Assembly (NCBI GenBank): GCA_963803805.1
Contig: CAWDOD010000002.1
Span: 32,001 to 96,000, forward strand
Source of the DNA: an uncultured cyanobacterium
GTDB lineage: Bacteria > Cyanobacteriota > Cyanobacteriia > Cyanobacteriales > CAWCAG01
Direction: 5' to 3'
DNA: 64,000 nt
Part shown: piece after piece, positions 1 to 10,884 of the stretch
Numbering within the stretch: position 1 is the first letter of the stretch
Layout: each line of letters opens with the position of its first letter
Position numbers and translations under genes: made by a program
Notes under the pieces: model-generated
Databases searched by the model: none
What the model was told of the DNA's origin: nothing
What the model saw: the letters and a program-made list of their open reading frames with translations, nothing else

Positions 1-3000
1 GCTAGATATCAAAGTGCTTTAGGACTCAAATATGACTTAGAATATTGCCTTTCTCAGTTAGAATCTACTGGTTCTATTCCTATTTTCAATGTTGGGATCA
101 GGGATTTATCAGGGCAACTATTGATACCTCAAAAACTTTACGGTAGAGAAGAAGAAATTACTAGTTTAGTTCAGTCTTTTGAGCGAGTGAGTCAAGGGGC
201 TACGGAAATGATCTTAGTTTCAGGTTATTCAGGAATTGGCAAAACTTCAGTTGTCAAGGAAATTTACAAGCCTGTTTTAGCTCACAAAGGCTATTTTTTT
301 AGTGGTAAATTTGAAAGATTTAAAGGAAACATTCCTTATACGGCTTTAATACAAGCCTTTTCTAAATTAATACAGCAACTTCTAACTGAAGGTGGAGAAA
401 AAATAGCAATTTGGCAACAAAAGCTGCTTACTGCTTTGGGAAATAATAGTCAAATTATTACAGATGTTATTCCTGAAGTTCAATTAATGCTTGGAGATCA
501 ACCAAAAGTAGCTGAACTTTCTCCTCATGAGGCTCAAAATCGTTTCAACCGTGTATTCAAAGAATTTATTCATGTTTTTACAAAAGCTGAACACCCCCTA
601 GTTTTATTCCTTGACGATCTTCAGTGGGCTGATTTAGCATCTCTTAAATTAATTAAATTGCTGATGAACGATTCTCAAAGTCAGTATTTGTTATTAATAG
701 GTGCTTATCGAAGTAATGAAGTTAATTCTATTCATCCTTTAATGACAACCTTAGAGGAGATTCGTGATCAAGAAGCTATTATTAACAAATTAAGCTTGAA
801 ATCTTTATCTTTAGATAGTGTTAGTGAATTACTAAAAGATACTCTTCAAGAATCACAAAATATTCAGCCTCTAGCCAAATTATTGTACAACCGTACCGCG
901 GGTAATCCTTTCTTTTTGACTCAAATCTTACAAACTTTAGAAGAAGAAAAATTATTAACTTTTGATTTTACCAAAGGAAATTGGCATTGGAATCTAGAAG
1001 AAATTCAAAAAGTTGGTATTACTAATCAAAATGTAGTTGAGTTAGTAGCTAGTAATATCCAAAAATTACCAGAAGCAACTCAAGAAGTTCTTAAATTAGC
1101 TGCTTGTCTTGGCAGTCAGTTTAGTCTCAATACACTCTCAGCTATACAAGCTGAATCTCCAAAAAATACGGCTGCTAATTTATGGGAAGCTTTACAAGCT
1201 GGAGTCATACTGCCCTTAGACAATCGTTACAAAATGATCTTCTCTCTAGAGAGCAAAGAGAATATTAATGATTTTCAGATTGAATATAAGTTTATTCATG
1301 ACCGTATTCAACAAGCAGCATACTCTCTAATTTCTTTACAAGAAAAACAAGAATTACACCAGAATATTGGGAAAACACTCCTTAAAAATACTTCTAAAGA
1401 AGAATTAGATCATCATGTTTTTGATATTGTTAATCAGTTAAACGTAAGTGCTTACCTGATTAGTGATTCAGCAGAAAGATACGAGTTGGCTGAACTTAAT
1501 CTTATAGCTGGCAAGAAAGCTAAAGCTGCTAATGCTTATGAACCTGCCATGGGATATTTTCAAGTCGGCATTAATTTATTAGCCCCAGACAGTTGGAGTA
1601 ATAACCACCATTTAACCCTTGCTCTTTATACAGAAACTGCGGAAATTGGCTATTTAGTTGGTGATTTTGAGCAAGCTAAACAATTAGCCAATGCCACTAT
1701 AGCTAAAACAAAAAATATCTTGGATCAAGTGAAAGTTTATGACATCAAGATTCAAGCTTATATAGCTCAGAATATGATGTCAGAAGCATTTACACTTGGT
1801 GTAGAAGTGGTAAGACAATTAGGAGTCAATTTACCTAAAAATCCTAGTAAATTTGACATTTTAATTAGTTTAACAAAAACTAGGATTTTGCTTTTTAATC
1901 AAAAAATTGAGAAGCTAATTGATTTGCCAGAAATGATAGATGCTAAAAAGCTAGCAGCTATGAGTATTTTAAATACTATTACTCCGGCTACAGCACAAGC
2001 TAATTCTTTATATTTTCCTTTAATTATTTCTACCATAATTCAGCTATCAATGAAGTATGGTAATTGTGCCGATGCAGTTTTTGGAGGATATGTTGGTTAT
2101 GCGTCTATGCTCTGTTCTAATTTGATTGGAGATATTGAGAAAGGCTACCTTTTTGGTTGTTTAGGATTAAAAATTCTAGAGAAATATAATGCACCTCATT
2201 TAAAGTGTAAAACCTATTACCTTTTCAATAGTATGGTTCGTCATCTCAAAGAACCTTTAAAAAAGACAACTGATGCGTTACTAGAAGGTATAAGCGTAGG
2301 TTTAGAAACGGGAGATATAGAGTATGTAGGCTATTCTTCAGTTAATTATGTAAATGCTTTATTTTTATCTGGTGAAAAACTTCTTTTAGTATCTAAAAAA
2401 ATAGACTACTATATTGAGTTAAATAATAATATTAGCTTTGCTAGTATGACTTCCTGCTTACGAATACTTAAGCAAAATATAACGAATCTGGCTGATGAAG
2501 AATTTGATTTAGCCATAAATGTAAATGAGACAAACTTGCTTCCTAAGCAAAGTCATAACGCTTTTATTCTTAGTACTATCTATATTGGTCAAGCTTTTAC
2601 TAACTATTTAGCTAGAAATTATTATCAAGTTATTGAATTAGCTATATTAATAGAAAAACTTGGTAATGATATCCCTAAACTTTATTGGTTTTGTCTTAAT
2701 AATTTTTACTATAGTTTAGCATTACTAGCTGAATATCAGCATCAGGATAAAACAACACAGAAGCAAAGAATAAAAAAGGTAAAATCTTTACAAAGAGAAA
2801 TGAAAAAGTGGGCGCATCATTCACCTACTAATTATCAACATAAATACGATTTAGTCGAAGCAGAAAAAGCACGAGTATTTGCTCAAGAACTTAAAGCGAT
2901 GACTTACTACGACTTGGCTATTCAAGGAGCAGGAGAATATGGTTATATCCAAGAAAAAGCTTTAGCTAATGAACTAGCAGGAGAATTCTATCTCGAACGG

Positions 3001-4656
3001 GGGCGAACCAAAGTTGCTCAAGCTTATTTAACAGATGCTTATTATTGCTATTTAAGCTGGGGAGCTAAAGCAAAGGTAAAAGATTTAGAAACAAGATATT
3101 CTCAGTTGCTTGAGCAAACTATTTTTCTAGAAAAGCCTCAAAATTCAACTATTCGTACTAGTCAAGATTCAACAACAGGAGCAACGTTAGCAGCTTTAGA
3201 TTTATCTACAGTTCTTAAAGCTTCGCAAGCTATTTCTGAAGAGTTAGTTTTAGATAACTTACTTACTAACTTAATTAAAGTTTTAATGGAAAATGCCGGA
3301 GCGCAAAAAGCTCTATTTTTCTTAAAACAAGAAGAGAATTTAGTGTTAGCAGCTAAGGGTTCAATAGAGATAGAGAAAGTTAATGTGCTACCTTTTATTG
3401 CTATTGAAGAACAGCTTGATTTACCCATGAGTGTCATTAATTATGTTCAAACTACTAAAGGCAATGTGGTGTTGAGTGATGCTACAGAGGAAGGTTTATT
3501 TACTAATTCAAACTATGTACGCAAAAATAAACCAAAGTCTATTTTATGCTTACCTGTACTTAATCAAGGTAAATTAACAGGAATTTTGTATTTGGAAAAT
3601 AAAATTACCCAAGGTGCGTTCACTAAAAATCATTTAGAATTACTAAAGCTATTAACTTCCCAAGCTGCTATTTCTCTAGAAAATGCCTTGCTTTATGATA
3701 GTTTGACTGTAGCCAATTTCCAATTAGAGGAGTACAGCCAAAATTTAGAGCAAAAGGTACAGGAAAGAACTCAACAGATAAAAGAAAAAAATGAGCGCTT
3801 ACACCAGACTTTGCAAGAACTAAAAAGTACTCAAACTCAGTTAATTCAAACGGAAAAAATGTCTAGTTTGGGGCAGATGGTAGCTGGTGTTGCTCACGAA
3901 ATCAATAATCCTGTTAATTTTATTTATGGCAACCTTATTCACACCAATGTCTATATAAAAGAATTATTGGATTTGGTAAAACTTTATCAACAAGAGTATC
4001 CTCAGCCAACAATTAAAATTAAAAAAGCAATTGAAACAATAGAACTCGATTTTCTAGTCGAAGACTTATTAAAAATCCTGAAGTCTATGCAGCTAGGTAG
4101 CGATCGCATCCGCGAAATCGTCCTTAGTTTGCGTAACTTTTCAAGATTAGATGAAGTAGATATCAAAACTGTTAATCTACACGAAGGAATTAATAATACT
4201 CTCTTGCTATTACAGCATAGAACAAAAAAAAGCTCTATGCACCCTGAAGTTAAAATAGATAAAAATTATGGTAACTTGCCGGCAATAGACTGTTATCCTG
4301 GGCAGTTAAATCAAGTGTTTATGAATCTTTTTTGCAATGCTATAGATGCTTTAAATTTAGAAACTAGAGATTGGAGTGAAGGACTACCTAAAATTTCTAT
4401 TACTACAGAAACAAAAGATAATAATTGGGTAACTATCCGCATTGCTGATAATGGTAGCGGTATACCAGAATCAGATAAATCCAAACTTTTTGATCCTTTC
4501 TTTACTACTAAGCCTATAGGCAAAGGTACAGGTTTGGGTTTATCTATTAGCTATCACATAGTAGTAGAAAAACATGGGGGTAATTTGACCTGTAATTCTG
4601 TAGTAGGGGAAGGAACAGAATTTACTATTGTTTTACCAACACGACAAATTAAGTAA
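1..4656 (+). CDS. Ser/Thr kinase-AAA ATPase-GAF-histidine kinase hybrid (HstK-like), 5' end outside window
   Basis: Frame is open from base 1 (ARYQSALGLKYDL, typical end of the kinase domain). Walker A GYSGIGKT, Walker B LFLDDLQWAD, GNPFF, GAF region (SILCLP..GILYLEN), H-box AHEINNP, G-boxes DNGSG/GTGLGL. Confidence 0.9.
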   Translation, partial: ARYQSALGLKYDLEYCLSQLESTGSIPIFNVGIRDLSGQLLIPQKLYGREEEITSLVQSFERVSQGATEMILVSGYSGIGKTSVVKEIYKPVLAHKGYFFSGKFERFKGNIPYTALIQAFSKLIQQLLTEGGEKIAIWQQKLLTALGNNSQIITDVIPEVQLMLGDQPKVAELSPHEAQNRFNRVFKEFIHVFTKAEHPLVLFLDDLQWADLASLKLIKLLMNDSQSQYLLLIGAYRSNEVNSIHPLMTTLEEIRDQEAIINKLSLKSLSLDSVSELLKDTLQESQNIQPLAKLLYNRTAGNPFFLTQILQTLEEEKLLTFDFTKGNWHWNLEEIQKVGITNQNVVELVASNIQKLPEATQEVLKLAACLGSQFSLNTLSAIQAESPKNTAANLWEALQAGVILPLDNRYKMIFSLESKENINDFQIEYKFIHDRIQQAAYSLISLQEKQELHQNIGKTLLKNTSKEELDHHVFDIVNQLNVSAYLISDSAERYELAELNLIAGKKAKAANAYEPAMGYFQVGINLLAPDSWSNNHHLTLALYTETAEIGYLVGDFEQAKQLANATIAKTKNILDQVKVYDIKIQAYIAQNMMSEAFTLGVEVVRQLGVNLPKNPSKFDILISLTKTRILLFNQKIEKLIDLPEMIDAKKLAAMSILNTITPATAQANSLYFPLIISTIIQLSMKYGNCADAVFGGYVGYASMLCSNLIGDIEKGYLFGCLGLKILEKYNAPHLKCKTYYLFNSMVRHLKEPLKKTTDALLEGISVGLETGDIEYVGYSSVNYVNALFLSGEKLLLVSKKIDYYIELNNNISFASMTSCLRILKQNITNLADEEFDLAINVNETNLLPKQSHNAFILSTIYIGQAFTNYLARNYYQVIELAILIEKLGNDIPKLYWFCLNNFYYSLALLAEYQHQDKTTQKQRIKKVKSLQREMKKWAHHSPTNYQHKYDLVEAEKARVFAQELKAMTYYDLAIQGAGEYGYIQEKALANELAGEFYLERGRTKVAQAYLTDAYYCYLSWGAKAKVKDLETRYSQLLEQTIFLEKPQNSTIRTSQDSTTGATLAALDLSTVLKASQAISEELVLDNLLTNLIKVLMENAGAQKALFFLKQEENLVLAAKGSIEIEKVNVLPFIAIEEQLDLPMSVINYVQTTKGNVVLSDATEEGLFTNSNYVRKNKPKSILCLPVLNQGKLTGILYLENKITQGAFTKNHLELLKLLTSQAAISLENALLYDSLTVANFQLEEYSQNLEQKVQERTQQIKEKNERLHQTLQELKSTQTQLIQTEKMSSLGQMVAGVAHEINNPVNFIYGNLIHTNVYIKELLDLVKLYQQEYPQPTIKIKKAIETIELDFLVEDLLKILKSMQLGSDRIREIVLSLRNFSRLDEVDIKTVNLHEGINNTLLLLQHRTKKSSMHPEVKIDKNYGNLPAIDCYPGQLNQVFMNLFCNAIDALNLETRDWSEGLPKISITTETKDNNWVTIRIADNGSGIPESDKSKLFDPFFTTKPIGKGTGLGLSISYHIVVEKHGGNLTCNSVVGEGTEFTIVLPTRQIK

Positions 4657-4672
4657 ATTCATTTAACATTTG

Positions 4673-5320
4673 TCAATTACTAAACGCTCCTTCTTCATCA
4701 AGAAGAGGATAACTTTTACCTTCTTGTTGATACCTTGCTGCAATTTCTGGATAGCCCCACTCAAATAAAACTCGTTCATAAGTTTGAGAGTCTAGTTGCA
4801 CTTTGTCATACAAACCTGCCTGTAAACGCTGACGTTGTACCTCAAATAAAATAACTGCCGCAGCCACAGAAACGTTCAATGATTGCACCATCCCTACCAT
4901 AGGAATAATAATTTCCTTGTCAACTAAGACAGCAGCCTCTTCACTAACTCCCCACTTTTCTGAACCCATCAAAATTGCTGTGGGTTGGGTATAATCTAAC
5001 TTGCGGTAATCAACGGAGCGATCGCTAAGATGGGCGGCGTAAATATTAAAATCTTTCTCCTTGAGATGCTTGATTGATTCACTGATACTGTCATGTAGAT
5101 GTAAATTAATCCACTTTTCACTGCCCCTAGCTGTACTGTTGTAAGTAGGCATTTCCTGATGGCGATTCACGACATGAGCCTCAAACACCCCTACAGCATC
5201 GCAGGTGCGGAGAATAGCCGAAAAGTTGTGAGGTTTATGAACATTTTCCATCAAAACAGCTAAATCTGGTTGCCGTTTATCTAATACTTGTTTGAGTTTC
5301 TGATAGCGTCTAGGAATCAC
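4673..5320 (-). CDS. trmH: tRNA (guanosine-18 2'-O)-methyltransferase
   Basis: SPOUT motifs HKPHNFSAILRTCDAVG, GSEKWG, IPMVGMVQSLNVSVA, plus TrmH-type C-terminus LFEWGYP. GTG start. Confidence 0.92.
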   Translation of the reverse strand: MIPRRYQKLKQVLDKRQPDLAVLMENVHKPHNFSAILRTCDAVGVFEAHVVNRHQEMPTYNSTARGSEKWINLHLHDSISESIKHLKEKDFNIYAAHLSDRSVDYRKLDYTQPTAILMGSEKWGVSEEAAVLVDKEIIIPMVGMVQSLNVSVAAAVILFEVQRQRLQAGLYDKVQLDSQTYERVLFEWGYPEIAARYQQEGKSYPLLDEEGAFSN

Positions 5321-5338
5321 AAATTTTTGTCTGAAAAA

Positions 5339-6220
5339 TCAAAGCCATTTCTTAATAATTTGGGAAGTAATTTCAGGTTGTTCAAGGTGAGGAACATGAC
5401 CACATTCTTTCACCCATTCAAGCTGACTATGGATAATTGCCTGTTGAAAATTAAAGGCTACTTTTGTACCAAGAATGCGATCATTTTCACCCCAAATAAT
5501 TAAGCTGGGTTGTTGAATTTGCCCTAGTTGCTTGAAAAAGGAACCATAACCACCACTTTTAGTAAAAGCAATTAAAGCTTGGTTCCAATTAACAGATTTT
5601 AGGTGCAAAGCACCACAAAGATAAGCATCTTGGTTAGCGAGATTTTTATCGTAATATGCCGAACGACTAATACCTTGCCTAACCTTGGGGTTACGCAAAA
5701 ATTCCGTCGCCCAAATATCTAAAGGAGGGAACATCAACTTCCCCAATAAAGGGGGGTTAGCCAAACCCGCACTATCCAACAACACTAACTTTTTAACCAC
5801 TTCCGGGTAGGTAAGGGTGAAATCAAGGGCGGCTGCCCCTCCCATAGATGCCCCTAGCAAAATCATGGGCTGGCTGATTTTTTGTTTCCAGAAGTAATAA
5901 AGGTGAGTTTTAATTGCTTCTGGACTAAAAGATAAACCTGCTACCCTTTCTGTAAAACCGAATCCCCACAAATCTACAGCCCAAGTTTCTTGATTCTCCC
6001 CCAGCAAAGGTAATAAGCGGCGAAATTCCAACACTGAACTATCAAACCCATGGAGTAAAAGTATTGGTGTTTGACCACTTCCTTGCTGGGTATAAGTTGT
6101 GAGGATAGGTTGTGAGGTTAAGGGAGTTGTAATAGAGGTTTGTTGAATCTTTTTGGCTAAAGCAATAGAAGTTGCTTGTGTCAGGTTAGCAACTTCAGGA
6201 GGGAGGAAATGAGGGAACAT
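5339..6220 (-). CDS. alpha/beta-fold hydrolase
   Basis: LLHGFDSS, nucleophile elbow GASMGG, WGEND, GHVPHLE. Confidence 0.88.
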   Translation of the reverse strand: MFPHFLPPEVANLTQATSIALAKKIQQTSITTPLTSQPILTTYTQQGSGQTPILLLHGFDSSVLEFRRLLPLLGENQETWAVDLWGFGFTERVAGLSFSPEAIKTHLYYFWKQKISQPMILLGASMGGAAALDFTLTYPEVVKKLVLLDSAGLANPPLLGKLMFPPLDIWATEFLRNPKVRQGISRSAYYDKNLANQDAYLCGALHLKSVNWNQALIAFTKSGGYGSFFKQLGQIQQPSLIIWGENDRILGTKVAFNFQQAIIHSQLEWVKECGHVPHLEQPEITSQIIKKWL

Positions 6221-6231
6221 AGAAAAGGTAC

Positions 6232-7083
6232 TTATTCGCCTGAGTCTTGGATATTTCCTAAATTAAAGAGGAAAGGTACACCACCTTGGGAATCTCCTCC
6301 TGAAACCAAAACTTTGGGCATTTGCGAACCACCTTGTCGCCATGCTTCAATAGCTTCTTTTTGCAATACCAACTGTCCACCTTGGGCTTTGAGGGTTTCT
6401 GCTAATAATCGTTGTGCTTCTGCCCTACCTTTAGCGCGGTTAATATCGGCTTGTGCCTGTTGTTCTGCTTCTTTAGCGACATAAACAGCACGCCTTGCCT
6501 TCTGTTCAGCAATTTGCTTATCTTCGACCGCTTTGGCAAACTCTGGGGAGAAGTTCAAATCAACCACACTGGTATCAAGAACAATAATACCGTACTTTTT
6601 CAAGCGCTCTCCCAAGGCTTCATCAAAATCTTGCTTCAGTTCGCTTCTTTTGGTAATTGCTTCTTCTACGGTTCTTCTTGCGGCTGCTATTTTAAAAGAT
6701 TCTTGGGTTTGAGGGGCAATAATTTTAGAAACAATATTGGCTAAAGTTCCTTGTTTTCTTCTAATTTCTACCACTCTACTTGGATCGAGGCGGAAGTTAA
6801 TCGCAAACCTAGCAGAGAGGTTTTGCAAGTCCTTAGTAGAACTCTCAGCAGGAACCTCAAATTTCTGTACTGTTAGATCATAAATATCAACATTAGAAAC
6901 CAATGGAGGTCGGACGTGAATACCTTCTAGTAAGGCCCCATCCCTTGCTTTACCCAAAATGCTAATAACTCCTGCTTGCCCTGGGTTAATAATCACAAAA
7001 GAATTAAAACTGACCAGAATAATAATCGCAGCAATGAGGCCACCTACTAATGGTTGCCAGTTTTGTGAAGTTTGACTTCTCAA
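6232..7083 (-). CDS. prohibitin / SPFH (band 7) family protein
   Basis: N-terminal TM segment, STKDLQ, FSPEFAKAVEDKQIAEQ and AE-rich coiled coil. Confidence 0.92.
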   Translation of the reverse strand: MRSQTSQNWQPLVGGLIAAIIILVSFNSFVIINPGQAGVISILGKARDGALLEGIHVRPPLVSNVDIYDLTVQKFEVPAESSTKDLQNLSARFAINFRLDPSRVVEIRRKQGTLANIVSKIIAPQTQESFKIAAARRTVEEAITKRSELKQDFDEALGERLKKYGIIVLDTSVVDLNFSPEFAKAVEDKQIAEQKARRAVYVAKEAEQQAQADINRAKGRAEAQRLLAETLKAQGGQLVLQKEAIEAWRQGGSQMPKVLVSGGDSQGGVPFLFNLGNIQDSGE

Positions 7084-7624
7084 GTATGTATCTCCTAATT
7101 GTTATCTTTCTTTGCTATAGATTCAGCATAAAGTTATTCTGGTTCAACCACAATATACTTAACTGCTGCGGGGAGCAGATTTGATAACATTAATTGGAGA
7201 CTTACAGGAAAATTATCTTGAGAAAATCGGAAATGATTTTTCTCACAATTTAGGAAAAATAGCTATATTATTGAGAAAAATAGTGTAGGAGCTACGATCG
7301 CACCCAATAATTACCAACTGAGCCTGACATTACCCCTTAGTCCCTTCTTTCAGAACAGTCAAGGGTTCATCTTAGATTCAGATAACAGATGTGCAAAGGG
7401 TAAACATAGTTTGCTATCAAGAAAATCAACCTATAATTTGCAAGTTGCCTAGAAGCATCAGCTACTCAATTAATTAAATAGTTGAGGCTAGGAACTCATT
7501 TACGAAAGATAAATCTGTGCATTAAAACTAGCTACTCCTAAAAGCAGAAATTTTGTTTTTTGGTAGTTATTCTAGGGGTTGGGGGCATACTTTAATATAC
7601 CTGTAACCCATTATAAGGAGAGAG

Positions 7625-7654
7625 TGTTTGCGCCTATGTTTGCGCAAATGTTTG
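7625..7654 (+). promoter_or_regulatory. three direct repeats TGTTTG(CGC) with 12-bp period upstream of NACHT gene
   Basis: TGTTTGCGC at 7625 and 7637, TGTTTG at 7649. Lies 60 bp before the ATG at 7715. Confidence 0.45.
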
Positions 7655-7714
7655 ATTTGGTCTAGAAATTGTATACGAATGAGAAATTAGGGTAAAGATC
7701 AGGATTCATAAATA

Positions 7715-10024
7715 ATGGCAAGGCGATCGCTGAAAGCTTCCTCAGAAGGCATTAAAAAGGCAAAACAAGCATTTGAACGTAAATGCTGGACTCAAGAATA
7801 CCTAGCAGAAACCGTTGGCTTGCAGACTCGCCAACCAATTTGGAAGTTCTTTTCTGGCAAACCAGTAGACCGTAATGTTTTTGCTGAAATCTGTTTTCAA
7901 CTAGACTTAGAATTAGAAGAAATTGTTGCCGTACCTAATTTCACTCAAAGTTCTGTAGAGAAAATAGCTGAAACAAAAAATGCTGAAACTCAGGCTCTCA
8001 ATGACTTAATAGCCAAAGTACGCTCCCAGAGAAAAGAAAAGATTCAGCATCAGTGCGGAACCCTACGTCTATTAGATATTGCTAGGCCTATAGAAATTGA
8101 CGATCTTTATGTCAATGTTAATATCCTTGAAGAAATTACTAGCCAAAGATGGCTACAAATTTCTGACCTCCAGGGTTTCCAACCAGAAGAATTTGACCGC
8201 CTGGGTTTAGGAAAAATGCGCCAGTCTGGAGTCCCAGGGCTAGAAGCTGTACGGAAAAACCCCAAGTTAATGGTTTTAGGTAAGCCGGGGGCAGGAAAAA
8301 CCACCTTTTTACAATACATCGCCATTCAATGTAACCAAGGAAAATTTCTCTCTAACCAAATTCCTGTTTTCATCCGCCTGAAAAACTTTGCTGAAGATGC
8401 TAGCGACGAAGACAACTTTAGTTTTTTAGATTATCTCCAAGTTCAATTTGGTACTCACGACGTTACCCTAGAGCAAATTAAAAATCTACTCCAGGAAGGA
8501 AAAGTGCTACTCCTTCTTGATGGCTTAGATGAAGTACCAGAAACAGCTAGTGACGAAGTTATTAAACAAATTCGTAAGTTTTCGGAAAGATTTTATAAAA
8601 ACAACTTAATTATCACTTGCCGTATAGCTGCCCAAGAGTATCGCTTTCAGGGCTTTACAGAAGTAGAAATTGCTGATTTTAGCCCTGAACAGGTAGAAGC
8701 TTTTGTTAAGAAGTGGTTTGTGACTGTCGTTCGTAATTCCCCAGATTTAGGTCACCAAAAAGCTCAAGCTTTTTTAGAAGAGCTAAATTTACCAGGAAAT
8801 CGCCAAATTCGAGAACTAGCCGTAACTCCTATTCTTCTCAACTTAACCTGCTTAGTTTTCCAAGCCAAAGGAGAATTAAGTTCTCATCGTTCTGATTTAT
8901 ATCGCCAAGGTTTAGATTTGCTGCTTATTCGTTGGGACGAAACCAGAGGAATAAAAAGGGATGCCGTTTATCGTAACTTATCTTTGCCTGATAAACTCAA
9001 ATTGCTCAGCCAGCTTGCCGCTATTACCTTTGAACAGGGAGATTACTTTTTTGAAGCTAACAAGGTCCAACAACTGATTGCTGATTATTTACTTACCTTA
9101 CCCAATCCTCAAACTGACCCAGTAGCCCTATCTTTTGATAGTTCCGCTGCCCTCAAAGCTATTGAAGCCCAACATGGCTTATTAATTGAACGGGCGCGCC
9201 ATATTTACTCTTTTTCTCATTTAACCTTTCAAGAGTATTTCACAGCCAGAAAAATTGCTAACAGCACTGAAGAAGAAAGTTTAGAAGAACTTGTTACTCA
9301 CTTAAATGAAAAGCGTTGGCGAGAAGTCTTTTTGCTAACCACAGAGATGTTGCCGGATGCTAGTCTTTTATTAAAGGCAATAAAAGAAAAAGCAGACCGT
9401 AATCTAGCTGGAGAGCCAGTTTGGCAAGAATTTTTCCATTGGTTAGAAAACAAGTTTTCATCTGTCAATGCACCTTATCATCCCGCCGCAGTCCGTGCTT
9501 TTTACCTTGTCCTTGCCCTTCCTGGTGACCATCCCTTTAACCGCAATCAATCTTTGGCCCTCGCCTTAGATAGTAAAATCGCTGGGGAACGATCTGGAGA
9601 TCTTGCCTTAGACTTAGCCCTTGCTAACCTTTGTTCTTTGGTTCAAAGTTTGACACCAACTCTAATTTATAACCGTTTTTCTTCTTTGGAACTTGCCCTA
9701 GATTTAGACCAACTCCTTGAGGATAAATCAACATTACAAAAAGGGATTCAGCAGTTAAGAAAGCAAGTTCCTGATAAATCTCAAGGCAAGGAAATTCTGC
9801 AAACATGGTGGCAAACTGAAGGAGAAGCTTGGTCAAATCAGTTAGTTTATTTGGTTCAAGAAGAGCGGGATCTTTGTCACCATTGGTATTATAGCGATCA
9901 GCAAAAACAGTTAATGGAGCAGTATTGTCAAGCTAATCAGCTACTTCTAGATTGTTTGAACAGTAATTGTCGGCTTACTTCTGAAGCGAAAAAAGAGATT
10001 GAGAAGAGTTTGTTTGTAATTTAG
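7715..10024 (+). CDS. HTH-NACHT domain NTPase (STAND)
   Basis: N-terminal Xre-like HTH (WTQEYLAETVG), Walker A GKPGAGKTT, Walker B LLLLDGLDE, ITCR sensor, TPILL, FSHLTFQEYF, RWREV. Confidence 0.92.
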   Translation: MARRSLKASSEGIKKAKQAFERKCWTQEYLAETVGLQTRQPIWKFFSGKPVDRNVFAEICFQLDLELEEIVAVPNFTQSSVEKIAETKNAETQALNDLIAKVRSQRKEKIQHQCGTLRLLDIARPIEIDDLYVNVNILEEITSQRWLQISDLQGFQPEEFDRLGLGKMRQSGVPGLEAVRKNPKLMVLGKPGAGKTTFLQYIAIQCNQGKFLSNQIPVFIRLKNFAEDASDEDNFSFLDYLQVQFGTHDVTLEQIKNLLQEGKVLLLLDGLDEVPETASDEVIKQIRKFSERFYKNNLIITCRIAAQEYRFQGFTEVEIADFSPEQVEAFVKKWFVTVVRNSPDLGHQKAQAFLEELNLPGNRQIRELAVTPILLNLTCLVFQAKGELSSHRSDLYRQGLDLLLIRWDETRGIKRDAVYRNLSLPDKLKLLSQLAAITFEQGDYFFEANKVQQLIADYLLTLPNPQTDPVALSFDSSAALKAIEAQHGLLIERARHIYSFSHLTFQEYFTARKIANSTEEESLEELVTHLNEKRWREVFLLTTEMLPDASLLLKAIKEKADRNLAGEPVWQEFFHWLENKFSSVNAPYHPAAVRAFYLVLALPGDHPFNRNQSLALALDSKIAGERSGDLALDLALANLCSLVQSLTPTLIYNRFSSLELALDLDQLLEDKSTLQKGIQQLRKQVPDKSQGKEILQTWWQTEGEAWSNQLVYLVQEERDLCHHWYYSDQQKQLMEQYCQANQLLLDCLNSNCRLTSEAKKEIEKSLFVI

Positions 10025-10090
10025 CTTTAAGCGCGGAGGGGGCAATAAGTAATAATTTCTTTCCTAAGTTTTTTGTATCTATTAATAAAT

Positions 10091-10120
10091 AAAGGGGATC
10101 AGCTTAAGCTAATCCCCTTT
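10091..10120. terminator. bidirectional intrinsic terminator
   Basis: AAAGGGGATCAGCT-TA-AGCTAATCCCCTTT hairpin between convergent genes. Confidence 0.8.
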
Positions 10121-10155
10121 ATCATGTACCCATTACTTGAAAATTGACAGACCCA

Positions 10156-10884
10156 TTAGTCTCTGCCGTTAATAGCAATTAAGAGGCGGAGAATAAAAAC
10201 AAACAGGTTGATGTAAGTTAAGTACATCGAAAGTGCTGCCGGAAGGTACTGTTCATCTCTATAGGTGCGGGGCAAGATATAAAAATCAACCACCGCCAAC
10301 CCAGCGAAAAGAAATACACCAAGACCAGAAATAGCCACCTCTAACCAGCTTGGGGTATAGATACCAAAGAGGCTAAAAAGCAGTTGACCAATTAAAACCA
10401 CAAATAGAGCAATTATGCCTAAGCTGACAGTTTTGGTTAGGGCCATACCATCTTCTTCAGAGAGGTTGGAACCAACTTGCCTAGCAGCGATAAAAGTTAC
10501 GCCGCAACCTAAAGCCGCAATACCGATACCTCCGATACCGACACCATTGGTTCTCAGGGCTACGAAAATCAAGCCACTGAGAGTATAGCCAGAAAGTAGG
10601 CTGTAAATAGCTAAAAGAGGTAAGGCTACGCTGTTATTTCCTTTTTCAGCAACACTTCTAGCCACAAAAAAGAGAATTAACTCGACAATTATCGCGCCGA
10701 TGAAAGTTGGCATGAATAGTTCGGGGTAGTTTCTCATTACCCCTAAACCGCCATAGACTCCCACGGCTGTTAAAACTAATCCTCCACCCACAAAGGGCAA
10801 GGCATTAGCAATAACGTTAGGGCCAATTAGAGATTGACCTCTAGCTTCTTTGATCGCATTGCGAAAGTTACTTGTACTACTCAT
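10156..10884 (-). CDS. Bax inhibitor-1/YccA family membrane protein
   Basis: About 7 TM helices; C-terminal AALSMYLTYINLFVFILRLL signature. Confidence 0.9.
   Translation of the reverse strand: MSSTSNFRNAIKEARGQSLIGPNVIANALPFVGGGLVLTAVGVYGGLGVMRNYPELFMPTFIGAIIVELILFFVARSVAEKGNNSVALPLLAIYSLLSGYTLSGLIFVALRTNGVGIGGIGIAALGCGVTFIAARQVGSNLSEEDGMALTKTVSLGIIALFVVLIGQLLFSLFGIYTPSWLEVAISGLGVFLFAGLAVVDFYILPRTYRDEQYLPAALSMYLTYINLFVFILRLLIAINGRD

Noticed and set aside
7163..7288. 41-codon open stretch upstream of NACHT
   Set aside because: Preceded by an in-frame stop, with no convincing start or RBS and no recognisable family.
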